From contig CAVZGU010000013.1 in NCBI GenBank assembly GCA_963774865.1, forward strand, positions 11,894-75,893: a stretch of 64,000 nucleotides of DNA, given 5' to 3'. This document shows positions 41,458-52,106 of this stretch, in pieces. A program made the position numbers and the translations under genes. Numbering within the stretch: position 1 is the stretch's first letter; each line of letters opens with the position of its first letter. Origin of the DNA: an uncultured Gammaproteobacteria bacterium. GTDB lineage: Bacteria > Pseudomonadota > Gammaproteobacteria > Steroidobacterales > Steroidobacteraceae. Below the pieces are notes generated by a model. It made no database searches. It had not been told where the DNA came from and saw only the letters and a program-made list of their open reading frames with translations.

Positions 41458-43440
41458 ATGGGATATTTCATCACCGGAGCCACCGGCTTCATCGGCCGGC
41501 ATCTGGTCGCCGAACTGCTGATGCGCGGCGAGCCGATCCGGATCCTGCTCCGGGCGGGATCACGCGCCAGATTCGAGCGGCTGGCGCAGGAGTGCGGCCC
41601 GGGCGGAAAGCTGCTGGTTCCCGTCGTCGGCGATCTCGAGCAGCCCCTGCTCGGCGTATCAGAGTCCGATCGGCGCGAGCTCGCCGGCCGCATCGATCAT
41701 TTCTTCCATCTCGGCGCCTTGTACGATTTGAACGCCGCCGACGAGGACCTGGTCCGCGCGAACGTGCTCGGAACCCGCCATGCGCTGGATCTCGCCCACG
41801 ATTGCCGGGCCGGGTGCTTTCATCTCGTCAGCTCGATTGCGGTCGCGGGCCGCTATCGCGGCAGGTTCACCGAAGGCATGTTCGATGAAGCCGAAGGCCT
41901 GGACCTGCCGTACTTCCGCACCAAGCACGAGTCCGAGGGACTGGTGCGCGGCAGCTGCCGGATTCCGTGGCGCGTCTATCGGCCCGGCATGGTCGTCGGC
42001 CATTCGCGCTCCGGGGTCATCGACAAGATCGACGGCCCGTATTATCTGTTCAAGGCGATCCAGAAGTTACGCGACTGCCTTCCGCGCTGGGTGCCGCTGG
42101 TGGGCATGGAAGGCGGGCACATCAACCTGGTGCCGGTGGACTTCGTTGCCGCCGCGCTGGCGCACCTCGCGCACGTGCCGGGTCACGACGGCGAGTGCTT
42201 TCATCTCACGGATCCCAAGGATCGTCGCATGGGCGACGTGCTGAACCTGTTCGCGCGGGCGGCCCATGCGCCGACAATGATGCTGCGATTCGACGCCGGC
42301 ATCGGGCACTCTTCATCGAAGCTCGTGCGGCCGCCGGCCGAACTGCTCCCGTCGGTGCAGCGCATCGCCAGGCAGTTGTGCGGCGATCTCGGCATTCCCA
42401 TATCGCTCGTCGGGCTGCTCAATCATCCGACCACATTCGATGCAGCGCAGGCGCAGGCGCTGCTGGCAACGGCAGGCATTCAACTGCCTTCCTTGGAATC
42501 GTACGCCTGGCGCCTGTGGGACTATTGGGAACGCTGCCTCGATCCGGGTTTGCACACGGCCGCCCGCTTGAGCCAGATCGTCAAGGGCAAGACGGTACTG
42601 GTGACGGGCGGGTCATCGGGAATCGGGCGAGCCACCGCACTGCGCCTTGCGGAGGCCGGCGCGCGGCTGCTCATCGTGGCGCGCGAAGAGGAGAAGTTGG
42701 CGCACGTGCGCACGGAAATCGCGGCCCGCGGCGGCGAGGTCACCACGTACAGCTGCGACATCGGCGACAGTCAAGCGTGCGATCGGTTGATCGAACGGCT
42801 GTCGGCCGAGCATGAGCACGTGGATATTCTGATCAACAACGCCGGCCGATCGATCCGGCGCGCCATCGACAAGACCTACGAGCGATTCCACGATTATGAG
42901 CGGTTGATGCTAATCAATTACTTTTCGGCCGTGCGGATGACGCTCGGGCTGCTGCCCGCGATGGTTCGACACGGCGCCGGACACGTCATCAACATCTCCT
43001 CGATCAGTGTTTTGACGAACGAACCTCACTTTGCGGCCTATAACGCGTCGAAGGCCGCTCTCGAAGCGTTTTCACGCTGTGCTGCGGCCGAATATGCCGC
43101 GCGTGGCGTGCGCTTCACCGTGGTCAACATGCCGCTGGTGCGCACACCGATGGTGGCGCCGACGAAAATGTATGAGCACTTCGAATTGATGCAGCCGGAA
43201 CAGGCGGCTGACGGAGTCTGTGCCGCGATCATCGATCATCCTGAGCGCCTGGCAACCCCCTTGGGCACAGTCGCGCAGCTGGTGGAGCTGTTCGCGCCCG
43301 AGTTCGGCCGAGCCGTCAGGAGCGAGAGCTATAGGATGTTTCCGGACTCGGAGGCGGCCGGCGGAGCACCCGGGCCGGGCGCTAAAGGGTCCCGCGAAGC
43401 CGGCGCCTTTGCCGCGCTCACGCACGGCATTCACTGGTAG
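41458..43440 (+). CDS. Two-domain fatty acyl-CoA/aldehyde reductase (N-terminal thioester-reductase-like domain plus C-terminal SDR; Marinobacter Maqu_2507-type)
   Basis: Intact 660-aa ORF. N-terminal ITGATGFIGRHL. The C-terminal SDR has VTGGSSGIGRA and YNASKAA (YxxxK). It is transcribed divergently from WS/DGAT. Confidence 0.8.
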   Translation: MGYFITGATGFIGRHLVAELLMRGEPIRILLRAGSRARFERLAQECGPGGKLLVPVVGDLEQPLLGVSESDRRELAGRIDHFFHLGALYDLNAADEDLVRANVLGTRHALDLAHDCRAGCFHLVSSIAVAGRYRGRFTEGMFDEAEGLDLPYFRTKHESEGLVRGSCRIPWRVYRPGMVVGHSRSGVIDKIDGPYYLFKAIQKLRDCLPRWVPLVGMEGGHINLVPVDFVAAALAHLAHVPGHDGECFHLTDPKDRRMGDVLNLFARAAHAPTMMLRFDAGIGHSSSKLVRPPAELLPSVQRIARQLCGDLGIPISLVGLLNHPTTFDAAQAQALLATAGIQLPSLESYAWRLWDYWERCLDPGLHTAARLSQIVKGKTVLVTGGSSGIGRATALRLAEAGARLLIVAREEEKLAHVRTEIAARGGEVTTYSCDIGDSQACDRLIERLSAEHEHVDILINNAGRSIRRAIDKTYERFHDYERLMLINYFSAVRMTLGLLPAMVRHGAGHVINISSISVLTNEPHFAAYNASKAALEAFSRCAAAEYAARGVRFTVVNMPLVRTPMVAPTKMYEHFELMQPEQAADGVCAAIIDHPERLATPLGTVAQLVELFAPEFGRAVRSESYRMFPDSEAAGGAPGPGAKGSREAGAFAALTHGIHW

Positions 43441-43789
43441 GCCGATCGCTCGACGGGCGCCGCGAGCGCGCCGATTACGACCGGATTGGCGAAGTCGCTG
43501 TCGACCAGCACAAGGTTCGAGCCGCTGGTTGCGAGGAAACACAAAATGCCGCCGAGTGCGCCTGTGACGGTCGCCACCGGCATCGCCGGCCCGGCGCTCG
43601 CCGTCTCGGCCGGCGCACCGGCCGTGCCCCCGCTCGTGGGTGACAGGAATCCCGCCATGGCCGCGCCGAGCGCAGGAACGAAAAGCAGGTGCCGATGGAG
43701 CTTCATGTGTATACCGAGAACGCCGAAGCGGCGTCATGGTTGACAGCCCGCGGATAGCGGCTGTCAATCGGCCAGGGTGCTCTGCTGTC

Positions 43790-43981
43790 CCAGATTCGCT
43801 GCGTGCCCCAGGGTCCCGGCTGTACAGCGGCTCGGCGTCACCCAATCGGCGGTCAGCCATCTGCTCAACAAACTGCGCCTCATCACCGGGGATGCGCGCC
43901 CGCGATCAGCGGGACCCGGCGCACGCCTGGGTGCGCGAGCAACTGCTGTCGTGTGTGCCGCCCGCGCTGGGCGAGGTCTAG
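43790..43981 (+). pseudogene. LysR-family regulator remnant (HTH fragment fused to a C-terminal tail)
   Basis: [23 protein letters not shown] (a LysR HTH recognition helix) is followed in another frame by [25 protein letters not shown]-stop. The ~250 codons of effector domain are missing. Confidence 0.5.
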
Positions 43982-43985
43982 GCTC

Positions 43986-44351
43986 CTAGGGTCCGCGCAG
44001 ACTGAGGATGTAGGTCACGACGTCGGCGATCTGGGAATCGGTCAACGCCGGATTGGGCATCGTCAGAGGCAGAGTCTTCTCGTCCCAGTGGGTGGCCGCG
44101 ACGAAATGCCGCAGCGCTTCGCGCGTCGATTCCGGCCGGTTGGCGATGTCGGCGAACGGCGCAGCCGCAGGATTGAGCAGCGGCGGGAACTCCTGGTCCG
44201 AAGCGACCACGTGGCAGGCGGAGCAGATGCCAAGAGCGAGCTTGCGCCCGTGCGCCGCCCGCCGATCGGAGGCTTTATCGGCAGCCGCAGCGGCGGCGCT
44301 CAGGGCGATGAGGCCCGGCAGCAGCATCAGGTTGCGGATCCGATCGGACAT
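43986..44351 (-). CDS. Small periplasmic monohaem c-type cytochrome
   Basis: Intact 121-aa ORF with a signal peptide and CSACH. Confidence 0.75.
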   Translation of the reverse strand: MSDRIRNLMLLPGLIALSAAAAAADKASDRRAAHGRKLALGICSACHVVASDQEFPPLLNPAAAPFADIANRPESTREALRHFVAATHWDEKTLPLTMPNPALTDSQIADVVTYILSLRGP

Positions 44352-44447
44352 CGTGTGAAATACTATAAGCGAGATTCCACGCCCACCGGGCGGGGTTCCG
44401 GCCGGCGCGTTATGCTTCGTCCCCCACAGTCTCCAGACCAGGCCGCT

Positions 44448-45651
44448 ATGCGTCTATCGTCCATTCCTGCTGCGCGGTGGCTTTGCAGGGCGTCGCGGCT
44501 CGCGGTACTCGCGTCGCTCGCCGCGGCGGCGGCCTGCGGGGGCAAGGCCGCCGGGCCGCCGGCACCGCAGACGGTGGCGACGCTGACCATGCGGCCTCAA
44601 CCCACGTCGCTGACGCAGGAGTACCCGGCGCAGCTCGAGGCCTCGAACACCGTCGAGATCCGCCCGCAGGTCGTCTGGAATTCTCTACCGGCAGGCGGCG
44701 CTCGAGGGCGCGCCGGTCAAGCACGGCGAAGTGCTGTTCGAGATCGATCCGCAGCCTTACGCCGCCGCACTCGCCCAGGCGCAGGCGGGGCTCGCCCAGG
44801 CGCACGCGGCAGAAGCGCAGGCCACGCGCGATTTGGCCCGTGCGCGCCCGCTGACGGCGATCGACGCGTTGAGCCAGAGGGAGCTCGATGCGGCGATCGC
44901 CGCCAATGCCTCGGCGCAGGGCCTGGTGAAGGCCGCGGAGGCGGCGGTGAAGACGGCGGAGCTCAACCTCAATTACACCCAGGTCCGCTCGCCCATCGAC
45001 GGTGTGATGAGCCGGGCGCTGATCCGCATCGGCGGAGTGGTCACCGCGTACACAACGCTGCTGACCACCGTCTACCAGACCGATCCGATGTATGCGAACT
45101 TCAGCGTCGGGGAGCAGCGCCTGCTGCAGGTGCAGCGCGAGCTGGGCCGTCCGCTCGACCAGCACAATCCCAGCCAGCGCGAGTTCCGGATCCTGCTTGC
45201 CGACGGCAGCGAGTACGAGCTTCCCGGAAAGATGAATTTCATCGACGCCGCCGTCGACCTGCGCACCGACACGCTGCGCGCTGCGCCTCACGGTGCCGAA
45301 CCCGAAGCAGTTCCTGCACGCCGGACAGTACGTCAAGGTGGTCGGTCGCGACGCGCGAGCGCCCAAACGCGCTGCTCGTTCCGCAGCGCGCGGTGCAGGT
45401 GCTGCAGGACAAGCACTTCGTCTGGATCGTGGACCAGCTCCGGCAAGGCGACAGCAGCGCGACGTCAAGATGGGCCAGCAGCAGGGCAGCGACTGGGTGG
45501 TCGAGGGGGCCTCGCGCCGGGCGACGTGGTGGTCGTGGACGGCACGCAGAAGCTCAAACCCGGCACGCCGGTGCGGGCGGAACCCCTGCGCGAGACGCCG
45601 GTGCGGGCGGCGCCGACCGGCCCGCCCGCGGCGGGGCCGCGCGCCTCATGA
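44448..45651 (+). pseudogene. RND efflux periplasmic adaptor (MexA/AcrA family), multiply frameshifted
   Basis: Lipoprotein N-terminus [30 protein letters not shown]. Segments [23 protein letters not shown]...[51 protein letters not shown] and [18 protein letters not shown] are in different frames. At least 5 frame changes. Confidence 0.8.
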
Positions 45652-48600
45652 GCAATTTCTTCATCGACCGGCCGATCTTCGCGACGGTGCTGGCGATCGT
45701 CATCACGCTCGCGGGCACCATCGCGTTTCTGCTGCTGCCGGTGGCGCGCTTCCCGCAGATCACGCCGCCGATCGGTAGTCGTCGCGGCGACCTTCCCCGG
45801 CGCCGATGCCTCGACCATCGAGCAGTCGGTGGCGGCGCCGATCGAGACGCAGGTGAACGGCGTTCCGAACATGATCTACATGGACTCGAAGAGCTCCAAC
45901 GACGGCTCCTACACGCTCAACGTCACCTTCGAGGTCGGCACCGACCAGGACATCGCCGCGGTCGACGTGCAGAATCAGGTCGCCATCGCCCAGCGGCAGC
46001 TGCCTGCCGGACGTGCTGCGCCAGGGCGTGTCCATCACCAAGCGCCAGCCGCAGCCGCTGATGTTCATGCGCCATCGAGGCGACCGATCCGCGCTACGAC
46101 TACCTGTTCCTCAGCAACTTCGCGACGCTGCAGGTGTACGACTCGCTGGCGCGCGTCCGCGGCGTCGGCCAGGTGCAGCAGTTCGGCGCGCGCGACTACG
46201 GCATGCGCATCTGGCTCGACCCGGGCAAGATGGCGCGCCTCGGCGTCACCACCCAGCGACATCACGCAACGCCATCAACGAGCAGAACGTGGTCGCGCCG
46301 GCCGGCATCGTCGGCGCCGAGCCGGCGCCGCCCGGCCAGCAGATGACCTACACGGTGACCGTGCACGGGCGCCTGAGCAAGCGTGGAGGAGTTCGAGAAC
46401 ATGGTGCTGCGCGCCGGCCCCAACGGCGCGATCGTGCGGCTGCGCGACGTCGCCCGCATCGAGCTCGCCGCCACCGACTACACGCGCTCGAGCCGGCTGA
46501 ACGGCCAGGCCGGTGGCGCTGCTCGGCATCTATCAGCTGCCGGACGCGAATGCGCTCGAGGTCGAGCAAGCAGGTGCGCGCCGACGCTCGAGACAGCTGT
46601 CGCACCGCTTCCCGCCCGGCATTCGCTACGACCATCCCGCTCGACACCTCGGAGTTCGTCCGCGAGTCGATCAAGGAAGTCGAGATCACGCTGTTCATCG
46701 CCGCGGCGCTGGTGCTGCTGGTCGTGTTCCTGTTCCTGGAGAGCTGGCGCGCGACGCTGATTCCGATGCTGGCGGTGCCGGTGTCGCTGCTCGGCACCTT
46801 CACGCATCTTCGTCGGCCCTCGGCTTCTCGATCAACACGCTGACGCTGTTCGCGCTGGTGCTCGCGATCGGCATCGTGGTCGACGATGCGATCGTCGTGG
46901 TCGAGGCGGTGACCGAGAAGATGGAGGAGCAAGGGCCTCGATCCGCGCGCAGCCACGCGCGCGGCGATGGCGGACGTGTCGAGCCCGGTGATCGCGATCG
47001 CGCTGGTGCTGGCCGCGGTGTTCGTGCCGGTGGCGTTCCTCGGCGGCCTGACCGGCCAGTTCTACAAGCAGTTCGCGCTGACGCTGTCGGTGTCGGTGCT
47101 GATCTCGGCGCTCATCGCGCTGACCTTCACGCCGGCGATGTGCGCGCTGCTGCTTGAAGCCGCGCTCGGAGACCGAGCCGCCGCGCGGCCTGCTCGGGCG
47201 CGGTTTCGCCGCCTTCAATCGTGGTTTCGCGCGAGCCACCAAGCAGTACACGGGCACCGTGCGCCGCGCGATTCGCCGCTCGGCGATCGCGCTCGGCGTG
47301 TTCGGCGCGATCATCGTCGCCGCTGGCGCTGCTGGTGTGGCAGCGGCCCGGCGGGTTCCTGCCCGAGGACGACCAGGGCTACCTGCTCTGGTTACGCAGC
47401 TGCCGCCCGGCGCATCGCTCCAGCGCACCGAGGCGGTGCTCGAGAAGATCGCGCGACGATCGTCAGCAAGCAGCCGGAGGTGCACGAGCATGCTCGCCAT
47501 CACGCGGGCTCAACCTGCTCGCTCAGGTCAACGACGCCGTACACCGGCTCCGGATTCATCCCGTTGAAGCCCTGGTCGCAGCGGCCGGGCGCGGCAGAGC
47601 TCGGCGCAGGCGCTGATCCGAGCGGCTGTACAAGCTGCTCGGCCGATCAAGGAGGCCAATGTCGTGGTCGTCGCGCCGCCGGCGATCCCCGGCATCGGCC
47701 AGGCGGGCGGCTTCGAGTTCATGCTCGCGGACACCTCCGGCGGCAGCCTCGAGAACTTCCCGCGGCAGATCCAGGATTTCCTCGCCGCAGGCCAACAAGC
47801 GCCAGGAGCTCGCGCGCGTCTCGACCCAGTTCAACGACTCGCGTGCCGCAGATCGAGTACGTGGTCGACCGCGACCGGGCCAGTGCGCTCGGCATCCCGA
47901 TCTCGGACATCTTCTTCGCGCTGCAGACCTTCCTCGGCGGCAACTACATCAACGACTTCAATCTGTTCGGGCGCACATTCCGCGTCACCGCCGAGGCCGA
48001 GGGTTCGGCGCGCACGCTGCCCGATGCGGTCAACGCGCTCTACGTGCGCACGCAGGCCGGCGACATGGTGCCGCTGTCCTCGCTGGTGTCGATCAAGCCG
48101 ACGCCGCGGCCCGGCCTACATCGAGCGCTACAACGTGTACCGGGCGGCGACCATCAACGGCGCGCCGGCTCCCGGGTACAGCCAGGGCGAGGCGATCGAT
48201 GCGATGGAGGATCGCTCGCCAAGGCGCTGCCCGGCAACCTCACCTACGACTGGACCGGGTCGGTGTTCCAGGAGAAGCGCGCGGGCAGCCAGGCGCCTTA
48301 TATCTTTGCGATGGCGCTGGTGTTCGTGTTTCTGGTGCTCGCCGCGCAGTACGAGAGCTGGGTCGTGCCGTTCGCGGTCATCCTGTGCATCCCGTTCGCC
48401 GTGTTCGGCGCGTTCCTCGGCCTGTCGCTGCGCGGCATGGCGAACAACATCTACGCGCAGGTCGGGCTGGTGATGCTGATCGGACTGGCGGCCAAGAACG
48501 CGATCCTGATCGTCGAGTTCGCGAGCCTGTCGCACGAGCGCGGCATGCCGATCATCGAGGCCGCGATCGACGGCGCGCGGCTGCGCCTGCGGCCGATCCT

Positions 48601-48860
48601 GATGACCTCGTTCGCGTTCATCCTGGGCGCGCTGCCGCTTGCGATCGCCACCGGCGCCGGCGCCAGGTCGCGCGCAGGTGCTCGGCACGACGGTGGTGTT
48701 CGGCATGATGGCCGCGACCATGATCGGCATCTTCATCGTGCCGGTTTTCTACGTCGTTCTGCAGGGCCTCGTCGACCGCTTCTCCAAATCGCACGGCCGC
48801 GCGACGCCCGCGCCCGCGGCCGGCACCGCGCCCGCGGCGGGCACTGAGCCCGAGGCATGA
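45648..48860 (+). pseudogene. RND inner-membrane transporter (AcrB/MexB family), multiply frameshifted
   Basis: Starts [41 protein letters not shown] and ends VLGTTVVFGMMAATMIGIFIVPVFYVVLQGLV. Dozens of family-typical segments alternate among the three frames. At least 15 frame changes. Confidence 0.85.
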
Positions 48861-50308
48861 AGACGTGGCTGTGCACGTGCGCGCTGCTCGCCGGCTGCGC
48901 CGTCGGGCCGGACTATCATCGGCCGCCGCTCGACGTGCCGGCGCACTACCGCGATGCCGCCCCGGCGGCGGCCGGTGGCGCCGGCGATGCGGCTTCATTC
49001 GGCGACAGCGGCTGGTGGGAGGTCTATTCGGACCCGGACCTGCAGGCGCTGCTCGCTACGGCGATCAAGAACAATTACGACGTGCGGATCGCGGTGGCGC
49101 GGATCGACGAGGCGCGCGCGCAGCTCGGCTCGACAGCGCATGAACTACCTGCCGCAGGTATCGGTCGATGCGGCGGGCCGGACGCACCAAGACCTCGCAG
49201 TACGCAGCTCCTGCCCGGCGTCCCGCGAATCAACAACGAGGCTCAGGTGCAGGTCCTGGCGTCCTACCAGATCGACCTGTGGGGGCAGCTGCGGCGCGCG
49301 ACCGAGGCGGCGCGCGCCAATCTGCTCGCGTCGCAGTACGCCAAGCGCGCCGTGACCGTGACCCTGGTGGCGTCGCGTCGCCAACGCCTATTTCGCGCTG
49401 ATCTCGCTCGACAGTCAGCTCGAGATCACGCGGCGCACGGTGGTCGAGCGCGAGAAGTTCCTGGAGCTCACTCACGCCCAGCACGAGCGCGGCTACGCGA
49501 CCGGACTCGACGTCGCCACCGCCGAAGCGGATCTGGCGGCCGCCCGCGCAACCGTCCCCGACCTCGAGCGCCGGATTGCGCAGACCGAGGACGAGATCAG
49601 CGTGCTGATCGGCAGCAATCCCGGGCCGGTCACTCGCGCGCACTATGGGGAAGCCGTGCCGGAAGCGCCGCCGCGGCCGCCGCCCGGCCTGCCGTCGCGA
49701 TTGCTGGAGCGGCGGCCGGACGTGGCGCAGGCCGAGCAGGCACTGGTGGCGGCCAACGCCGAAATCGGCGTGGCCAAGGCCGCGCTGTTTCCGAACATCT
49801 CGCTCACCGGCAGCGCCGGCTCGTTGTCGGTGCCGTTCGGCAATCTGTTCACCGCGCCGGCCGCCGAATGGAGCGCCGGCGTGGGCCTGATCCAGCCGCT
49901 GCTCAGCGTGCAGTCAAACCTCTATCAGGTCGAGCTCGCCGACGCGCGGCAAGCGCGAGGCGCTGTATCAGTACGAGAAGACATGTGCAGAGCGCCTTCC
50001 AGGATGTGGCCGATGCGCTGGTCGCCTACCAGAAATACGGCGAGCAGGAGCGCGAACAAGCGAGCCAGGTCGATGCGCTGCGGCGGGCGCGCGAGATCGC
50101 GCTGGCGCGATACCGGATCGGCTATGCCTCCTACTTCGATGTGATTCAGGCCGATCGCGACCTGTTCGCGGCGGAACTGGCGCTCGCCCAGGCGTATGCG
50201 GACAACCTGAGCGCACTGGTGCAGCTGTACTCGGCGCTTGGAGGCGGATGGCAGGAGCGTCCGGCCGTGACTGCCGCGCCGCCGCCGCCGGCGCGCCCGA
50301 CGCCGTGA
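48857..50308 (+). pseudogene. RND outer-membrane factor lipoprotein (NodT/OprM family), multiply frameshifted
   Basis: MKTWLCTCALLAGCAVGPDYHRPPLDVP (lipobox LAGC). Segments ASYQIDLWGQLRRATEAARA, GYATGLDVATAEADLA, PDVAQAEQALVAANAEIGVAKAALFPNISLTGSAG and YRIGYASYFDVIQADRDLF are in different frames. At least 6 frame changes. Confidence 0.8.
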
Positions 50309-50330
50309 AAGCGGATCAGCGCACGTGCAT

Positions 50331-50597
50331 TCAGCGCAGCTGACTGTCCTTGCTGCCGCGCCGGTTGTAGCCGGCAAATTTGGCCGCCTCGCGATCGAGA
50401 ACGTCCTGGCAGGAAACGCACAGACGAACACCGCCGAACGCGGCTCTGCGCGCCTGCGGAATCTCGCTTCCGCATTCGGCGCAGTGAGTCAACGACGGCC
50501 CGCGGGGCAATCGGCTTTGCACCCGCCGGATGCCGTCCTTTACGGTCGCGTCGATTTGATCCTGCACCGCACCGTCGCCCGCCCAACCGGTCGCCAC
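50331..50597 (-). CDS. DksA/TraR-family C4 zinc-finger protein
   Basis: Intact 88-aa ORF. CAECGSEIPQARRAAFGGVRLCVSCQ (CxxC-N17-CxxC). Confidence 0.75.
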   Translation of the reverse strand: MATGWAGDGAVQDQIDATVKDGIRRVQSRLPRGPSLTHCAECGSEIPQARRAAFGGVRLCVSCQDVLDREAAKFAGYNRRGSKDSQLR

Positions 50598-50729
50598 GTT
50601 CCTGCTCCTAATTGCCGGTTATGTCACCGGCTGCCGGCTCATATTATTCAATAGCTTATCACGTTGCTGCAAGTTGGAAGTCGGCCGTAGACGCTAGAAC
50701 TACCTCGCGCGGGATGATAGTTTCAGTTT

Positions 50730-50924
50730 GTGGATAAGACTATCAGACGCTTCAGCAGCGTGGGCGGAATGAAAGCCGACGAATACGCCGCGTGGCATCG
50801 TGTCTCAGCAAGTGAGCGTGTGCGCGCGGTCATGGACCTCAATATTGCTCTTTACGGATTGAAGGGACAGGCACCGCATGTTCGACGACTTCAAAGATCT
50901 CTTGTCCGCGTTCAACGCCGGTAA
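50730..50924 (+). CDS. Small ORF, probable partner of the downstream nucleotidyltransferase-fold gene
   Basis: GTG start, 64 aa, overlapping the next ATG by 47 nt. It sits in a locally lower-GC stretch. Confidence 0.35.
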   Translation: MDKTIRRFSSVGGMKADEYAAWHRVSASERVRAVMDLNIALYGLKGQAPHVRRLQRSLVRVQRR

Positions 50925-51110
50925 TGTCAGATATCTGATTGTCGGTGGGTATGCCGTGTCACTTCATGCTCAGCCGCGAGCAACCAAAGATCTCGATATT
51001 CTGATCAGCCCAGATGCCGCGAACAGCGCGGCTGTGTACCTGGCGCTGACAAAATTCGGCGCGCCGGTGGAAGGGCTCAGCGCCAAGGACTTTACGGAGC
51101 CCGATAACTT
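50878..51110 (+). pseudogene. Nucleotidyltransferase-fold protein, 3'-truncated
   Basis: MFDDFKDLLSAFNAGNVRYLIVGGYAVSLHAQPRATKDLDILISPDAANSAAVYLALTKFGAPVEGLSAKDFTEPDNF is family-like. Beyond ~51108 the frame is simply the antisense of the cbbR fragment. Confidence 0.55.
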
Positions 51111-51249
51111 CCACTTCCGCCTCGAACTCCTTGATTTGCATGGAAACCGCAGGCGCGGTGAGGTTCAGCTCCTCGGCCGCGCGCGTGAAGCTCGAATGCC
51201 GCGCGGCAGAGGCAAAGACCCGCAGCTGGCGGAGGCTGACATTCTTCAT
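51105..51249 (-). pseudogene. cbbR: LysR-family regulator (CbbR-like) remnant: N-terminal HTH only (~48 codons)
   Basis: MKNVSLRQLRVFASAARHSSFTRAAEELNLTAPAVSMQIKEFEAEVEV is a typical LysR HTH. It is divergent from the cbb operon. The rest of the ORF-track frame is antisense to the truncated NTase gene. Confidence 0.65.
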
Positions 51250-51267
51250 TTAAGAAGAAATACTTAA
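51250..51267. promoter_or_regulatory. Inverted repeat TTAAG-N8-CTTAA in the cbbR-remnant / rpe divergent promoter region (LysR-type box candidate)
   Basis: Read directly. It lies in an AT-rich 90-bp island immediately upstream of the cbbR ATG. Confidence 0.35.
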
Positions 51268-51406
51268 GCCTATAGTAATAATATCTGACTGTACATAAAC
51301 GACGGATGTCCTACCCTGTCCGTACTAACCCGACTGAACAACCATACCGGGGTCCCAAAATGGCAAAAGCGATCGAAAAAACCGAACGCGGCACGCGATA
51401 ACGGCC

Positions 51407-52105
51407 ATGTACCGCATTGCACCCTCCATTTTATCGGCTGACTTCGCCCGCCTGGGCGAAGAGGTGAAGAGCGTCATCGCGGCCGGCGCGGACTGGATCC
51501 ACTTCGACGTGATGGACAACCACTACGTGCCGAATCTGACCATCGGTCCGCTGGTGGCGAAGGCGCTGAAGCCTTATTGCGTGCGGCCCGAGGGTGCGGC
51601 CGTGCCCCTGGATGTGCATTTGATGGTCCAGCCCGTCGATGAGTTGGCCGGTGCCTTCGTCGAAGCCGGCGCCGATCTCGTGTGTTTTCACCCCGAAGCA
51701 TCCAATCACATCGACAGGACCTTGCAGCTCATCCGCAGCGGCGGATGCAAGGCGGGGCTTGCGTTCAATCCGGCCACGCCGCTCGGCGCGCTCGAGTACG
51801 TGATCGACAAGGTCGATCTGGTGCTCATCATGAGCGTCAACCCGGGATTCGGCGGCCAAAGCTTCATCGACTCGGCACTGCGCAAAGTCGAGAGCGCCCG
51901 CAAATTGATCGACGCCACCGGCCGAGACATCAGGCTCGAGGTCGACGGGGGCATCAAGGCGGAGAACATCCGCCGCGTCGCCGAAGCAGGGGCCGATACG
52001 TTTGTCGCCGGCAGCGCCATCTTCGGCAAGCCGGATTACAAAGGCGTGATCAACGCCATGCGCATCGAGTTGAGCCGCGTCTCGCCCGCGTCCCGGGTCG
52101 CCTGA
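51407..52105 (+). CDS. rpe: Ribulose-phosphate 3-epimerase
   Basis: Intact 232-aa [47 protein letters not shown]. Confidence 0.95.
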   Translation: MYRIAPSILSADFARLGEEVKSVIAAGADWIHFDVMDNHYVPNLTIGPLVAKALKPYCVRPEGAAVPLDVHLMVQPVDELAGAFVEAGADLVCFHPEASNHIDRTLQLIRSGGCKAGLAFNPATPLGALEYVIDKVDLVLIMSVNPGFGGQSFIDSALRKVESARKLIDATGRDIRLEVDGGIKAENIRRVAEAGADTFVAGSAIFGKPDYKGVINAMRIELSRVSPASRVA

Positions 52106-52106
52106 C

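Noticed and set aside
39984-41693. The 569-aa version of the WS/DGAT ORF, and the 430-466-aa ORFs 33434..34726 - and 38448..39848 -
   Set aside because: The N-terminal extensions are non-protein-like and overlap neighbouring genes or promoters. Internal starts (41369; 38963 for the phasin) give family-typical N-termini. 33434..34726 is antisense to the FAD oxidase.
43431-43706. 91-aa minus-strand ORF with a signal-peptide-like start (MKLHRHLLFVPALGAAMA)
   Set aside because: There is no recognisable domain. It overlaps the FAR stop and lies in a region of gene remnants. It could be real, but support is too weak to annotate.
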